Source of the DNA: an uncultured Ruminococcus sp.
GTDB lineage: Bacteria > Bacillota > Clostridia > Oscillospirales > CAG-272
Direction of reading: 5' to 3'
NCBI GenBank assembly: GCA_902778725.1
Contig: CACYYS010000005.1
Span: 2,335 to 66,334 of the forward strand
Length of the DNA stretch: 64,000 bases
The notes below the pieces were generated by a model. That model did not search any database. It was given only the letters and a program-made list of their open reading frames with translations, and was not told the origin of the DNA. Each line of letters begins with the position of its first letter. The first letter of the stretch is position 1. Of the stretch, positions 9,239-17,858 are shown piece after piece. A program made the translations under genes and the position numbers.

Positions 9239-9540
9239 GCACAATCCGAAAAACGCCCGGGCCGTATCGGGCGTTTTTCGACCCGGGGGAGGATATGAAC
9301 GCGCTCCCCCGAGCGAAAGGAAAAAGCCGCCCATCCGTATCGGGCGGCTTTTGAGGAAGGAGCGTCTTTGAATACGCTTTTTCTGTTCCCTGCCCCTTCA
9401 AAAAGTCTTTTGCCTACTTTTCTTCAGAAAAGGAAGGCGGCTTTTGGAGAAGGAGTCGCTTTGATCGCGCTTTTACTTTTCCCTGCCCCTTCAAAAAGTC
9501 TTTTGCCTTCTTTTCTTTAGAAAAGAAGGTTTCAGGAGGG
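9238..9540. repeat. Dispersed structured intergenic element, copy 1 (contains an internal tandem duplication of about 92 nt)
   Basis: By-eye alignment to 59321..59556 starting at the shared cgcacaatccgaaaaacgccc. Contains terminator-like hairpins aaaaacgcccggg..cgggcgttttt and aaaaagccgccc..gggcggctttt. The ccctgccccttcaaaaagtcttttgcc block is present twice (about 9389 and 9481). Confidence 0.85.
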
Positions 9541-11065
9541 CGACGGCGCCCTTGAGGGCGAGGTTGACGAGCAGGATGAGGAGGGAGACGACCGCGGCGT
9601 TCTCGAGCTGCATCTGAGCCTCAAACTGATTGATCATCAGGGAGATCGGCTTGGTCGAGGCGTTTGCGAGGAAGGAGACGGCGGAGATCGTCATCATGGA
9701 ATTGACGAAGAAATAGGAGAACATCTCAAGGAGGGTCGGCGCGCTCTGCGGCAGAAAAACGTCGAAGAGCATCCGCACCCGGCCGACGCCCAGCGTTTCC
9801 CCGACCGCCTCCAGATTGCCGTTAAGCTTGCAGAAGGAGTTATACATCATCAGGTAGGGGGAGGCGATGAAGTGCGCGGTGTTGACCATGATCAGGATGA
9901 CGAGGGTGCCGTAGACCGCCGACGCTTTGTAGAGCAGGACGTAGGAGAGACCGAGCACCAGACCCGGCACCGCCATCGCGGTGATCGCGACCAGATGGAG
10001 AAGCGAGGAGAGCGGGGAGCGGCTGCGGGCGGTCAGATAAGAGGTGAAAAAGCCGAGCGCCGTCCCGAGCGCGGCGGTCAGCGCGGTGATCACAAGGGAG
10101 TTGACGAGGGAGAAGGAGAGGTCGGTCGGGTAATTCTCCGCGAAGCCGAGGATGATGAAGGAGACGACCGGCAGGAGCGTAAAGAGCGAGACGGCGATCA
10201 CAAAGAAAGAGGCGAGGATGCGCGGCGCCGGTCTCCGGCTCGGCTCCGGCGGGCGGGTGACAAAAGCGCTGTTGCCCGCGCCGCGGTTGAAGAGGTCGAC
10301 AAGGAAGGCGAGCACGGCGGGAAGGAGGAGGATCAGCCCGTAGACGCTCCCCTCGCCGAAGTGGAGCTGCCCGATGACCTCCTGATACATCACGATGGCG
10401 AGGGTCTTGTACCGGCCGCCGACCATCAGGGGGACGCCGTAGTCGGTGAGGATCATCGTGAAGGCGGCGAAAAAGACGGAGACAAGGGGCCGGGCGAGGA
10501 AGGGGAGCGAAATGCGGAAGAACTGCCGCGCGCGCGGGATGCCGAGGACGGTGGCGGCCTCGTAGGGCGCGCCGTCCTCATAGCGCAGGATATCCGAGAG
10601 CATGATAAAGGCGACGGGAAAGGCGTAGAGCACCGAGCCGCACACGATCCCGGGGAAGCCGTAGATCCCGGAGGAGAGACCGAGGAGGCGGGTGAGGATG
10701 CCGTTGTTGCCGAAAAGCAGGATCAGCCCCATACCGTGCGAGACGGAGGGGATCAGCATCGGCAGGACGAGGATCACCGAGAAAAAGGCCTTGCCGCGGA
10801 TCGCCGTCCGCTGCATGGCAAGGGCGAGGAGGTACGCGATCAGGACGGAGATCACCGTCCCCGCGAGAGCGGAGAGAAGGGAGTTTTGCAGGATCTCGCC
10901 GATCACGGGGGAGCCGAAGACCTTGTCAAAGCTCTCGCGGGACAGGTTGGTCAGCATCCGGAAGAGCGGCAGCAGGACGAGCGCGGCGAAGAGGGAGAAA
11001 AAGAGCAGCTTGGTCACGCCGTCCGCCCGGAAGCGCCTTCCGGCGCGCGGCGTATCAGTCTTCAT
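9491..11065 (-). CDS. ABC importer permease, fused double-domain (iron(III)/thiamine/2-AEP-type family)
   Basis: 524 aa, about 12 predicted TM helices; overlaps the ATPase gene by 11 nt. The last 13 codons (KPSFLKKRRQKTF) lie inside the repeat element. Confidence 0.85.
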   Translation of the reverse strand: MKTDTPRAGRRFRADGVTKLLFFSLFAALVLLPLFRMLTNLSRESFDKVFGSPVIGEILQNSLLSALAGTVISVLIAYLLALAMQRTAIRGKAFFSVILVLPMLIPSVSHGMGLILLFGNNGILTRLLGLSSGIYGFPGIVCGSVLYAFPVAFIMLSDILRYEDGAPYEAATVLGIPRARQFFRISLPFLARPLVSVFFAAFTMILTDYGVPLMVGGRYKTLAIVMYQEVIGQLHFGEGSVYGLILLLPAVLAFLVDLFNRGAGNSAFVTRPPEPSRRPAPRILASFFVIAVSLFTLLPVVSFIILGFAENYPTDLSFSLVNSLVITALTAALGTALGFFTSYLTARSRSPLSSLLHLVAITAMAVPGLVLGLSYVLLYKASAVYGTLVILIMVNTAHFIASPYLMMYNSFCKLNGNLEAVGETLGVGRVRMLFDVFLPQSAPTLLEMFSYFFVNSMMTISAVSFLANASTKPISLMINQFEAQMQLENAAVVSLLILLVNLALKGAVALLKPSFLKKRRQKTF

Positions 11066-11840
11066 CTCCGTCCCTCACAAAGCGCCGGATCGACTCGACC
11101 TTGGCGCGCAGATTGTCGAGGACGAAGGTGCGGACGTAGTCGTTTGCCGGATGGAGAGAGATCTCCTCCGGCGTATCGAGCTGGACGATGCGCGCGTTCT
11201 CCATGATCATGACCCGGTCGGAGAGCGCGAACGCCTCCTCCTGGTCGTGGGTGACGTAGATCATCGTGATCCCCGTCTCCCGCTGCAGCTTTTTCAGTTC
11301 CCGGCGCAGGGCGATGCGGGTGTCCACGTCGAGGGCGGACATCGGCTCGTCAAAGAGGATGATCTCCGGCTTGAGGACCAGGGTGCGCGCGATCGCGACC
11401 CGCTGCTGCTGCCCGCCGGAGAGCTCCGCCGGCTTTTTGCCGATCTGCTCCTCCATGCCCATATAGGCGAGCATCCTGCGCGCCTCCTCCCGCGCGCCCC
11501 GTTTGTCCTTGGTATGCAGGGCGAGCGCGTAGGCGACGTTCTGCAGGACGGTCATGTTCTCAAAGAGGGCGTAGTTCTGGAAGACGATCCCCATATTCCG
11601 CTCGGAGGGGCGGGCGCTTGTGATATCGCGCCCGTCGAGGAGGATCCGTCCCCCGTCCGGCGGGAGGAGCCCGATCAGGATCCGCAGAAGCGTCGTCTTC
11701 CCGCAGCCGGAGGGACCGAGGATCGAGAGGAACTCCCCCTCGTATACGTCAAAGGAGACGCTCTCGAGCGCGGCGCGGCCGCCGTAGGTGCGGCTGACCC
11801 CGCGCAGGGAGAGCTTGACCGTTTTTTTCAGTGCGTCCAC
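11055..11840 (-). CDS. ABC transporter ATP-binding protein
   Basis: 261 aa; Walker A GPSGCGKTT, signature LSGGQQQRV, Walker B ILFDEP. Confidence 0.92.
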   Translation of the reverse strand: MDALKKTVKLSLRGVSRTYGGRAALESVSFDVYEGEFLSILGPSGCGKTTLLRILIGLLPPDGGRILLDGRDITSARPSERNMGIVFQNYALFENMTVLQNVAYALALHTKDKRGAREEARRMLAYMGMEEQIGKKPAELSGGQQQRVAIARTLVLKPEIILFDEPMSALDVDTRIALRRELKKLQRETGITMIYVTHDQEEAFALSDRVMIMENARIVQLDTPEEISLHPANDYVRTFVLDNLRAKVESIRRFVRDGDED

Positions 11841-12826
11841 TTTGCCAGCAGCCTTTCCTTCTCCTCGGGGGTGCTGTTCTTCATATCGCCGTAGACGATC
11901 CCCTGGGGGAAGTTTTTGATCTTTTTGGTATAGTCGGTATCCTTGAAGATCAGCTCGGGGTAGAACTGTTCACACATCCGGCGGGAGACCTCGGTGCTGA
12001 TATAGCGGAAGACCTCGACCACCGCCTCTCTCGTCTCCTTGCCGCGGATGATCGCCTGTCCGTACATCGAATAGGGCGAGCCCTCGGGGAAGAAGAGGAT
12101 CTTGAAGGGGGCGCCGTTCGTGTTGATCTTCTGCACCGCCTGGCTGGTCATCCCGAGGCCGACGGCAGCTTCCTTCTGGAGCAGGGCGTTGACGGGGCCG
12201 GAGCCGGAGGAAGTGAAGGCAAGGACGTTCTCCGAGAGCTTGTCAAAATAGGAGAAGGCGGCCTCCTCGCCGCGGGCGTTGACGAGATTGAGCAGGAACA
12301 TATAGCCGGTGCCGGAGGACTTGGGATTTGCCATCGAGACAAGGGACTTGTACTCCGGCTTGAGGAGATCCTCGTAGGAGGCGGGCTCGGGCAGCCCCTT
12401 TTCCGCGAGCAGCTCGGTATTGACGATCACGGCGCCCCCGTTGCGGACCTCGGGCAGATAATGCGTCCCGTGGACGATCTCCTCCGGATAGAGGGAGAAG
12501 TCCGCGATCCCGGAAAGGTCGGCGAGACCGTTTGCCTTCTCAAGCACGGTGAGATACCCGTACTCGAGATCGTAGGTGATATCGCAGGCGGTGGCGGTCC
12601 CCTCGGCGATCAGCTTGGCGGCGTGGTCGCCGGTGGACATATACTCGATCGTAACGTCGTACTGCGGGAACTTTTCCTTCAGCATCGAGCGCAGGAGATC
12701 GACGCGGAAGTCCTCCGCGCTGGTATAGATCAGGATCTTCTCCTTCTTTGCGCCGCAGCTCCCGAGAGAGAGGGCAAGCGCGAGCAGCACGCAGGCGAGA
12801 AGAACGGACAACAGTTTTTTCATCAT
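11828..12826 (-). CDS. ABC transporter substrate-binding lipoprotein
   Basis: 332 aa; signal peptide with lipobox LSLGSC; first gene of the SBP-ATPase-permease operon. Confidence 0.85.
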   Translation of the reverse strand: MMKKLLSVLLACVLLALALSLGSCGAKKEKILIYTSAEDFRVDLLRSMLKEKFPQYDVTIEYMSTGDHAAKLIAEGTATACDITYDLEYGYLTVLEKANGLADLSGIADFSLYPEEIVHGTHYLPEVRNGGAVIVNTELLAEKGLPEPASYEDLLKPEYKSLVSMANPKSSGTGYMFLLNLVNARGEEAAFSYFDKLSENVLAFTSSGSGPVNALLQKEAAVGLGMTSQAVQKINTNGAPFKILFFPEGSPYSMYGQAIIRGKETREAVVEVFRYISTEVSRRMCEQFYPELIFKDTDYTKKIKNFPQGIVYGDMKNSTPEEKERLLAKWTH

Positions 12827-12888
12827 TTTACTCCTTTTTTACCGATGTTCAAAAATCGTTTCTGTCCAAGCAAAACTGAACGCTTAAC

Positions 12889-12917
12889 AGTATAACAGAA
12901 GCGCCGCCGTTTGTCAA
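12889..12917 (-). promoter_or_regulatory. Sigma-70-type promoter of the ABC importer operon
   Basis: On the minus strand: TTGACA, 17 nt, TATACT, about 60 nt upstream of the SBP start. Confidence 0.65.
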
Positions 12918-12967
12918 CCTCTTTTCCGTTTTTACAAAAAAAGCTCCCCGTTGGTCCTCCGGTTTTT

Positions 12968-13004
12968 ACAAAAAAACAGCCGCGCAAGGATCTCCTTGCG
13001 CGGC
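12968..13004 (-). terminator. Rho-independent terminator after the YidC-LtaS fusion gene
   Basis: Minus-strand hairpin gccgcgcaagg/ccttgcgcggc followed by a T7 run. Confidence 0.7.
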
Positions 13005-13050
13005 GGAGTGTTTGTTCAAAATGACGTCGTAACCCGCTTTTTTCGCTTTG

Positions 13051-15867
13051 TCAGCGGCTGCCCGTATCGCCCGGCGCGAGGGGTGCGGGATGGGGATGAC
13101 GCGCCGTTTTTCCCCGGTCGGGGAGAGTCGCCTCCGTCTCGTTGACCGACCAGTTCGCCATATCGAACAGGTTCCCGCCCCTCAGCTCCAGCCACGCGCC
13201 GGGCAGGAAGACCTTGCCGTTGTTTTCATCGACGTTCCAGTGGTCGGAATAGAAGAGATACTGGACCGGCTCGCGCTTTTTTTCGTCCGTGATCGGCTTC
13301 CCGGTGAAGGGATTGACCGGATCTTCGATCAGACCGTCCGCCGCAAGGAGCGGGACGTCCGCGTTCGTCATGAACTCGTCGGAAAACGCAAAGCCCTTCG
13401 CCCCGAAGTCCTTGACCATCAGCAGAGGCATATAGGTCTCGGCGTCGTATCCGAACGCGGTCTGCAGATCGTCCCGGTGGTTGAACCAGCCGCCGTGATC
13501 CGCCGCCAGGATGATGCGCGTATTGTCGTACACGCCGCTCTCCCGCAGATGATCGAACCACGTCCCGAGCAGCTTGAGCGCGCACACGTTGGTCTGGTAA
13601 TGCTGCACCTGCTCCGGCTTTTCCATCCTCAGCGTCTTGCCGCCGAGCGTAAAGCGGTCCTTGTGCAGGCGCTCGTACTCCGTGTTGTCGACGGTCGGCG
13701 CGGGGAGGTACTCCGGCTCCTGCAGCATCATCGGCTCGTGGGTCAGATTGCTGACCATACTGAGGAAGGTGTCCGTCCCGTCCTCCGTGCAGACCGTGCA
13801 GCCGGAGAGGTTGTCGAGGACGTAATAGGGCGTCATAAAAAGGGAGCTGACCCCGCTTGCGTGCAGGAGATCGGGCACGACCTGGTCCGAGACGAGCAGC
13901 TCCGGCGCGTCCGTATCGCTCCGGAAATACAGCCCGTGATCGTAAAAGACCCGCTGCCCGGCGAGCGGAGCGATCTTCATCAGACTGTAGCAGAAGAAAT
14001 TGCGCATATTATTCCGGATGAACTGCTCGCTCGACTCGCGCGGGGTGAACTTCCCTTCCGCGATGTACGAGCTGACGCCCGGCATCTCCTTGAAGATCGA
14101 AAGATCGGTCTTCCAGTTGTAATTGACGTAGGTCGGGTCGATGACCGTGACGGCAAACCCCTTCTCCCGGAAGAGGGCGGGCATCACCTTCAGCGCCTCG
14201 TTGTGCTTGTCCACCAGCCGCTCGCCGCCGCGCAGATTGATCTCCTCCGGCGTATATTCGTACCCGCCGAAGAGCGCGGGCGCCGCAAAATTCGTATTCC
14301 CGGAATAGGAGATCGTGTTGAGATACGCGGTAAAGCCGTCAAACTGTTCCGCAAGCTCCGGCACCTCGTTGAAAATGTAGGGCAGATAGACCCCCATCCC
14401 GCGGTCCAGCATCATGACGACCACGTTTTTCCCCTTTTTGGAGAGGCGGATGCGGGGGGTGTCCTCGGAATCGAGCAGCTGCTGCGTCACGTCGCCGACG
14501 CCGCGCCGGATCCGGACCAGATCGACCGGCGCGAGCACGGCAAGGGCGACCGCAAACGCCGCCACGGCGCCGAACAGTTTTTTCCTCCAGAAGCGGAAGA
14601 TCAGGAAGGAAAGCGCGACGACCGCGGCGAGAACCGCCGCGTTGATCAGCATCTCCCTGCGGGAAAATAAGAGTCCGTTCTCAAACTTCAGCGTCGGGGA
14701 CAGGAGGCCGAGGGAGCGGCCGAAGAAAAGGTAGTCCGTGAGGGAAACGGCAAGCAGCGCGAAGGAAAAGCGCTCGAACGCCACCTTCCCCCTCGGCGAC
14801 GCGAGCCGGTAGAAGACGCCGAACCAGACAAGGAACGTCCCCGCCGCCATGCAGGCGGAATTCACGATATACCAGAGCGGGTGCAGGAAATGCTGGATCT
14901 GATAAAACTCCTGGGGGGAGGAGCGGATGACCGAGGCGGGGATCGTGACGCCGGTCAGAACGGTCAGAAAGAGCGCGGCGAAGAAAAAGAGCTTTTGGTC
15001 CGGGACGGGAGCGGGGCGCTCCTTCTCCTCCCGTTTGGGGAGGAAGGCGACGGCGAGCGGGACAAGGAGCGCGAGCCCCAGCGCCGTGAGGAAGATCTTT
15101 TTGACCGGGGTGCCCTGCGGGTAGAAAGCGAGCGCAAAGACCGCCAGAGCGGTCCCCGCCGCCGCCGAGAGCACGGCGAGCGTCCGGCCCGGCTGCTTCA
15201 GCTTGTAAAAAACGTTCTTGACAAGGGAGAAAAGATTGTTGAGCGTCCAGTAGAAGACCAGCCCGGCGGGGGAATCGTAGAGGAAGACGAGGAAGACCAG
15301 CGCCATCCCGTAGAGCTGGAGCTTGCTTTTCAGCGGGAAGCCGCGGGTGTAGATCGCGCCGGAGATGAAGTTGATCAGCGTCATCAGGACCGGCAGGACG
15401 TTGACGGTGAAGCCGGCGACGGTGAACATCGCGTCCGGCGCGCCGAGGTCGCGGATCGGACCGAAGGAGACGCCGCCGAGCAGCCGGAGATGCGAGAGGA
15501 ACTGATACGCCGCCATGAAAAACGGCACCTCGAGCAGAAGGGAAAGCGAGCCCTTGAGGGCGTAGGTGGGCTTATAGTCGTTCTGCCGGTAGTAGGTCTG
15601 GAGCATCATGAAGCGCTCGTCGCCCTTGAAGGTGCGCTTGATATGGTCGACCCACGGCTTCATCCTCGCCGCGCGGTCGCGCTCCTCCTCCTGCATGGCG
15701 TCCGCCCGCCGGTAGAGCGGCAGGACGAGGAAGTTCATCGCCAGGCTGAGGATGACGATCGCAAACCCGGGATGCTGCACGATCCGGTAAGCCATCGAAA
15801 AGATCACGTCGAAAAAGAGCTCCAGCGGTCCGATGAAGATCCGGTAAAGTATGTCGAAAAAAGTCAT
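13051..15867 (-). CDS. Fusion protein: YidC/Oxa1-family insertase domain, then a polytopic membrane region, then an LtaS/sulfatase (alkaline phosphatase superfamily) ectodomain
   Basis: ORF 13051..16218. Start set at ATG 15867 (MTFFDILYRIF) with aggaga RBS; the upstream 117 codons are Arg/Pro-rich junk. YidC-like LSLAMNFLVLPLYRRADAMQEE...YKPTYALKGSLSLLLEVPFF. C-terminal motifs VVMMLDRG, SGNTNFAAPALFGG and ILAADHGGW. Confidence 0.8.
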   Translation of the reverse strand: MTFFDILYRIFIGPLELFFDVIFSMAYRIVQHPGFAIVILSLAMNFLVLPLYRRADAMQEEERDRAARMKPWVDHIKRTFKGDERFMMLQTYYRQNDYKPTYALKGSLSLLLEVPFFMAAYQFLSHLRLLGGVSFGPIRDLGAPDAMFTVAGFTVNVLPVLMTLINFISGAIYTRGFPLKSKLQLYGMALVFLVFLYDSPAGLVFYWTLNNLFSLVKNVFYKLKQPGRTLAVLSAAAGTALAVFALAFYPQGTPVKKIFLTALGLALLVPLAVAFLPKREEKERPAPVPDQKLFFFAALFLTVLTGVTIPASVIRSSPQEFYQIQHFLHPLWYIVNSACMAAGTFLVWFGVFYRLASPRGKVAFERFSFALLAVSLTDYLFFGRSLGLLSPTLKFENGLLFSRREMLINAAVLAAVVALSFLIFRFWRKKLFGAVAAFAVALAVLAPVDLVRIRRGVGDVTQQLLDSEDTPRIRLSKKGKNVVVMMLDRGMGVYLPYIFNEVPELAEQFDGFTAYLNTISYSGNTNFAAPALFGGYEYTPEEINLRGGERLVDKHNEALKVMPALFREKGFAVTVIDPTYVNYNWKTDLSIFKEMPGVSSYIAEGKFTPRESSEQFIRNNMRNFFCYSLMKIAPLAGQRVFYDHGLYFRSDTDAPELLVSDQVVPDLLHASGVSSLFMTPYYVLDNLSGCTVCTEDGTDTFLSMVSNLTHEPMMLQEPEYLPAPTVDNTEYERLHKDRFTLGGKTLRMEKPEQVQHYQTNVCALKLLGTWFDHLRESGVYDNTRIILAADHGGWFNHRDDLQTAFGYDAETYMPLLMVKDFGAKGFAFSDEFMTNADVPLLAADGLIEDPVNPFTGKPITDEKKREPVQYLFYSDHWNVDENNGKVFLPGAWLELRGGNLFDMANWSVNETEATLPDRGKTARHPHPAPLAPGDTGSR

Positions 15868-15910
15868 GTCTTGTTTTTCTCCTTGCCTGAGAAAGGCGGG
15901 GGCCGGAACG

Positions 15911-17188
15911 TCATACCGGGAGAGCTTCTTTTTCCTTTTCCTTTTCCTCTCCGGCGGAGCTGCTCTCTTCCGGTTTTTTCGCGAGTTTTTCCTCCAGATA
16001 GTCGACGGTGAGCGCCGCGGCCTCCCCGGGGCGCTGCCAGGTCTCCCGGCGGGCGCGCTCGCGCCCCTCGGCAAACTCCCTGCTTTCGATACAGGAGTCG
16101 AGCAGGGCGCCGATCCGCGGCAGATCCTCCTCCGTGAGAGGAAGGCCGAGGCGCGGGAGCGTCTCAAAGGTCCACATCTCCTCCTCGATCCAGGCGGCGT
16201 CGTAGGGGGATTTGTCAAAGGAGGTGTCGGCGTAGACGACCGGCTTGTCGAAGACGAGGGTAAAGTCGAAAATCACGCCGGAAAAGTCGGAGATCAGAAC
16301 GTCCGAGCGGCGCAGGACCTCAAAATTGTCGTTGTCCCGGTTCCACTCGAGCCGCTCGCTGTCGGGATACGCCTTCTGCAGGCGCTCGAGCATCTCTTTT
16401 TCCGAGGTATAGGACTGCGGATGCGGGCGGACGACGATCCGGTAGTCGGTCGCGAGCAGCGCGTCGAGGATCCGCTCCCCGTAGCGGGAAAGGATGCCGC
16501 TCCGCCCCCAGGAGGGCGCGACGAGGACGGTCTTTTCGTGCGCGGGCAGCGGGGGCGCCGCGTCGAGACGCCGCTTCATCTCGTCCATGTAGGTGACGCC
16601 GACGATGCGCAGCTCCTTTGCGGGCAGGGAGCGCAGCCGCTCCAGCTCCCGCAGCTGCCCGATCTGATACTCCCCGGAGAGGAGGACCGCGTCGTAATAG
16701 TCGAGCCCGAACATCCGGTAGCAGTCGATATCGTTGGAGGCGTGGGGGATGTGGACGTAAAAGCCGACGTCGCGCGAGCGCTTCCACTGGTAGACGTCAA
16801 GCCCCGGGGTGGAGGAAAGCAGGACGTCCGCCTGCAGGAGATTAAGGCGGGCGAAGGCGCGGTTCCCCTCCCCGATGAACTCGCACTTGACGTGGGAAAA
16901 GGAACGGGAGAGCGCGGGATCGTCCGGCGAGGCGGTCAGGTAAAGGGCGGGGATCCCGCGGCGCTCCAGCTCCGCGACGATCGGCTCAAAGACGTTCCAG
17001 TAGCGCTTGCTGTCGGTGAAGATCGCAAGCCGGGTCTTTTCCTTTTTCCCGGTCTTGTCCCTGCCGCCGGAAAGGGTGAAGCGCAGCTTCATCCACACGG
17101 TCTTCAAGGCGTAGATCGCGGCGCCGAGCACCCCGATCAGGATGGTAAAGAGCATACTCCCCGTTCCGGGGTCGATATAACAGAGCAT
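15911..17188 (-). CDS. CDP-glycerol glycerophosphotransferase (TagB/TagF family) with N-terminal TM helix
   Basis: 425 aa; VLVAPSWG, VVRPHPQ and VLISDFSGVIFDF family-typical blocks. Confidence 0.85.
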   Translation of the reverse strand: MLCYIDPGTGSMLFTILIGVLGAAIYALKTVWMKLRFTLSGGRDKTGKKEKTRLAIFTDSKRYWNVFEPIVAELERRGIPALYLTASPDDPALSRSFSHVKCEFIGEGNRAFARLNLLQADVLLSSTPGLDVYQWKRSRDVGFYVHIPHASNDIDCYRMFGLDYYDAVLLSGEYQIGQLRELERLRSLPAKELRIVGVTYMDEMKRRLDAAPPLPAHEKTVLVAPSWGRSGILSRYGERILDALLATDYRIVVRPHPQSYTSEKEMLERLQKAYPDSERLEWNRDNDNFEVLRRSDVLISDFSGVIFDFTLVFDKPVVYADTSFDKSPYDAAWIEEEMWTFETLPRLGLPLTEEDLPRIGALLDSCIESREFAEGRERARRETWQRPGEAAALTVDYLEEKLAKKPEESSSAGEEKEKEKEALPV

Positions 17189-17195
17189 CCTTCCC

Positions 17196-17675
17196 TCACT
17201 TTCCGGTCACGCCGCCGGTCTCCCCGTCCTCCCGCGGCGCGGCGGGAGACGCTTTCTTTTTCCGGAAGACCACGAACTTGCCGAGCAGATAATTTACCAC
17301 GGTCACGACGACCTGTACGATCAGTTTGGCGGGCTTGTCCCCCATCCGGCAGAGCGTGACGGCGACGAACATGATCGCCATATCGAGCAGAAGCGTCCCC
17401 ACCCGGGACAGAAAAAACGCCCCCGCCTCCTTTAACACGTTCCCGCTTTTGCTTTGGAAAACGAAGATCCGGTTGGCAAAATAGGCAAAGGTCACCGCCG
17501 CGATCCAGGAGAGGACGTTGGCGGCCTGGAGCCTGACCGGATCGGCGGGGTCGAGCACCGTCGCCGTCGCGAGCCAGTAAACGCCGAGGCTCACCGCGGT
17601 CGTCAGCACGCCCACGATCAGGTAGCGGATCAGCTCCCGGTATTTGTTCCACAGTCTTTTTACGGTCGCAAACAT
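17196..17675 (-). CDS. GtrA-family membrane protein
   Basis: 159 aa, 4 TM helices; LIRYLIVGVLTTAVSLGVYW N-terminus typical of GtrA. Confidence 0.85.
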   Translation of the reverse strand: MFATVKRLWNKYRELIRYLIVGVLTTAVSLGVYWLATATVLDPADPVRLQAANVLSWIAAVTFAYFANRIFVFQSKSGNVLKEAGAFFLSRVGTLLLDMAIMFVAVTLCRMGDKPAKLIVQVVVTVVNYLLGKFVVFRKKKASPAAPREDGETGGVTGK

Positions 17676-17858
17676 TTTTTCCTCTCCGCGGATCTTGATT
17701 CCTTTTTATTTTAGCACGGAGAGGATACAAAGTCAAGCGAGGGAAGGATGGCTGTTTTTTTCTTTTTTTGCGCAAAGAACGTCCTTTTTCAAAAAAGACT
17801 TGCCTTTCCCGGGAGAAAAAGAGTATGATAGAGACAGTAAAAAGAAAAGGAGACTCCT

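Noticed and set aside
8839-9540. Possible CRISPR array
   Set aside because: Repeat spacing is irregular (about 50 to 125 nt) and the units are degenerate. The units are themselves palindrome mosaics, and there are no cas genes in the window.
12827-12888. Riboswitch (for example TPP) in the ABC importer leader
   Set aside because: The leader is only about 60 nt after the predicted -10, with no TPP-like CUGAGA/ACCUGA elements.
13048-16218. The N-terminal 117 codons of the 1055-aa ORF, and the 540-aa plus-strand ORF 13048..14670
   Set aside because: The upstream extension is Arg/Pro/Ser-rich and overlaps the end of the tagF-like gene. A good RBS and ATG at 15867 start the YidC domain. The plus-strand ORF is a shadow.
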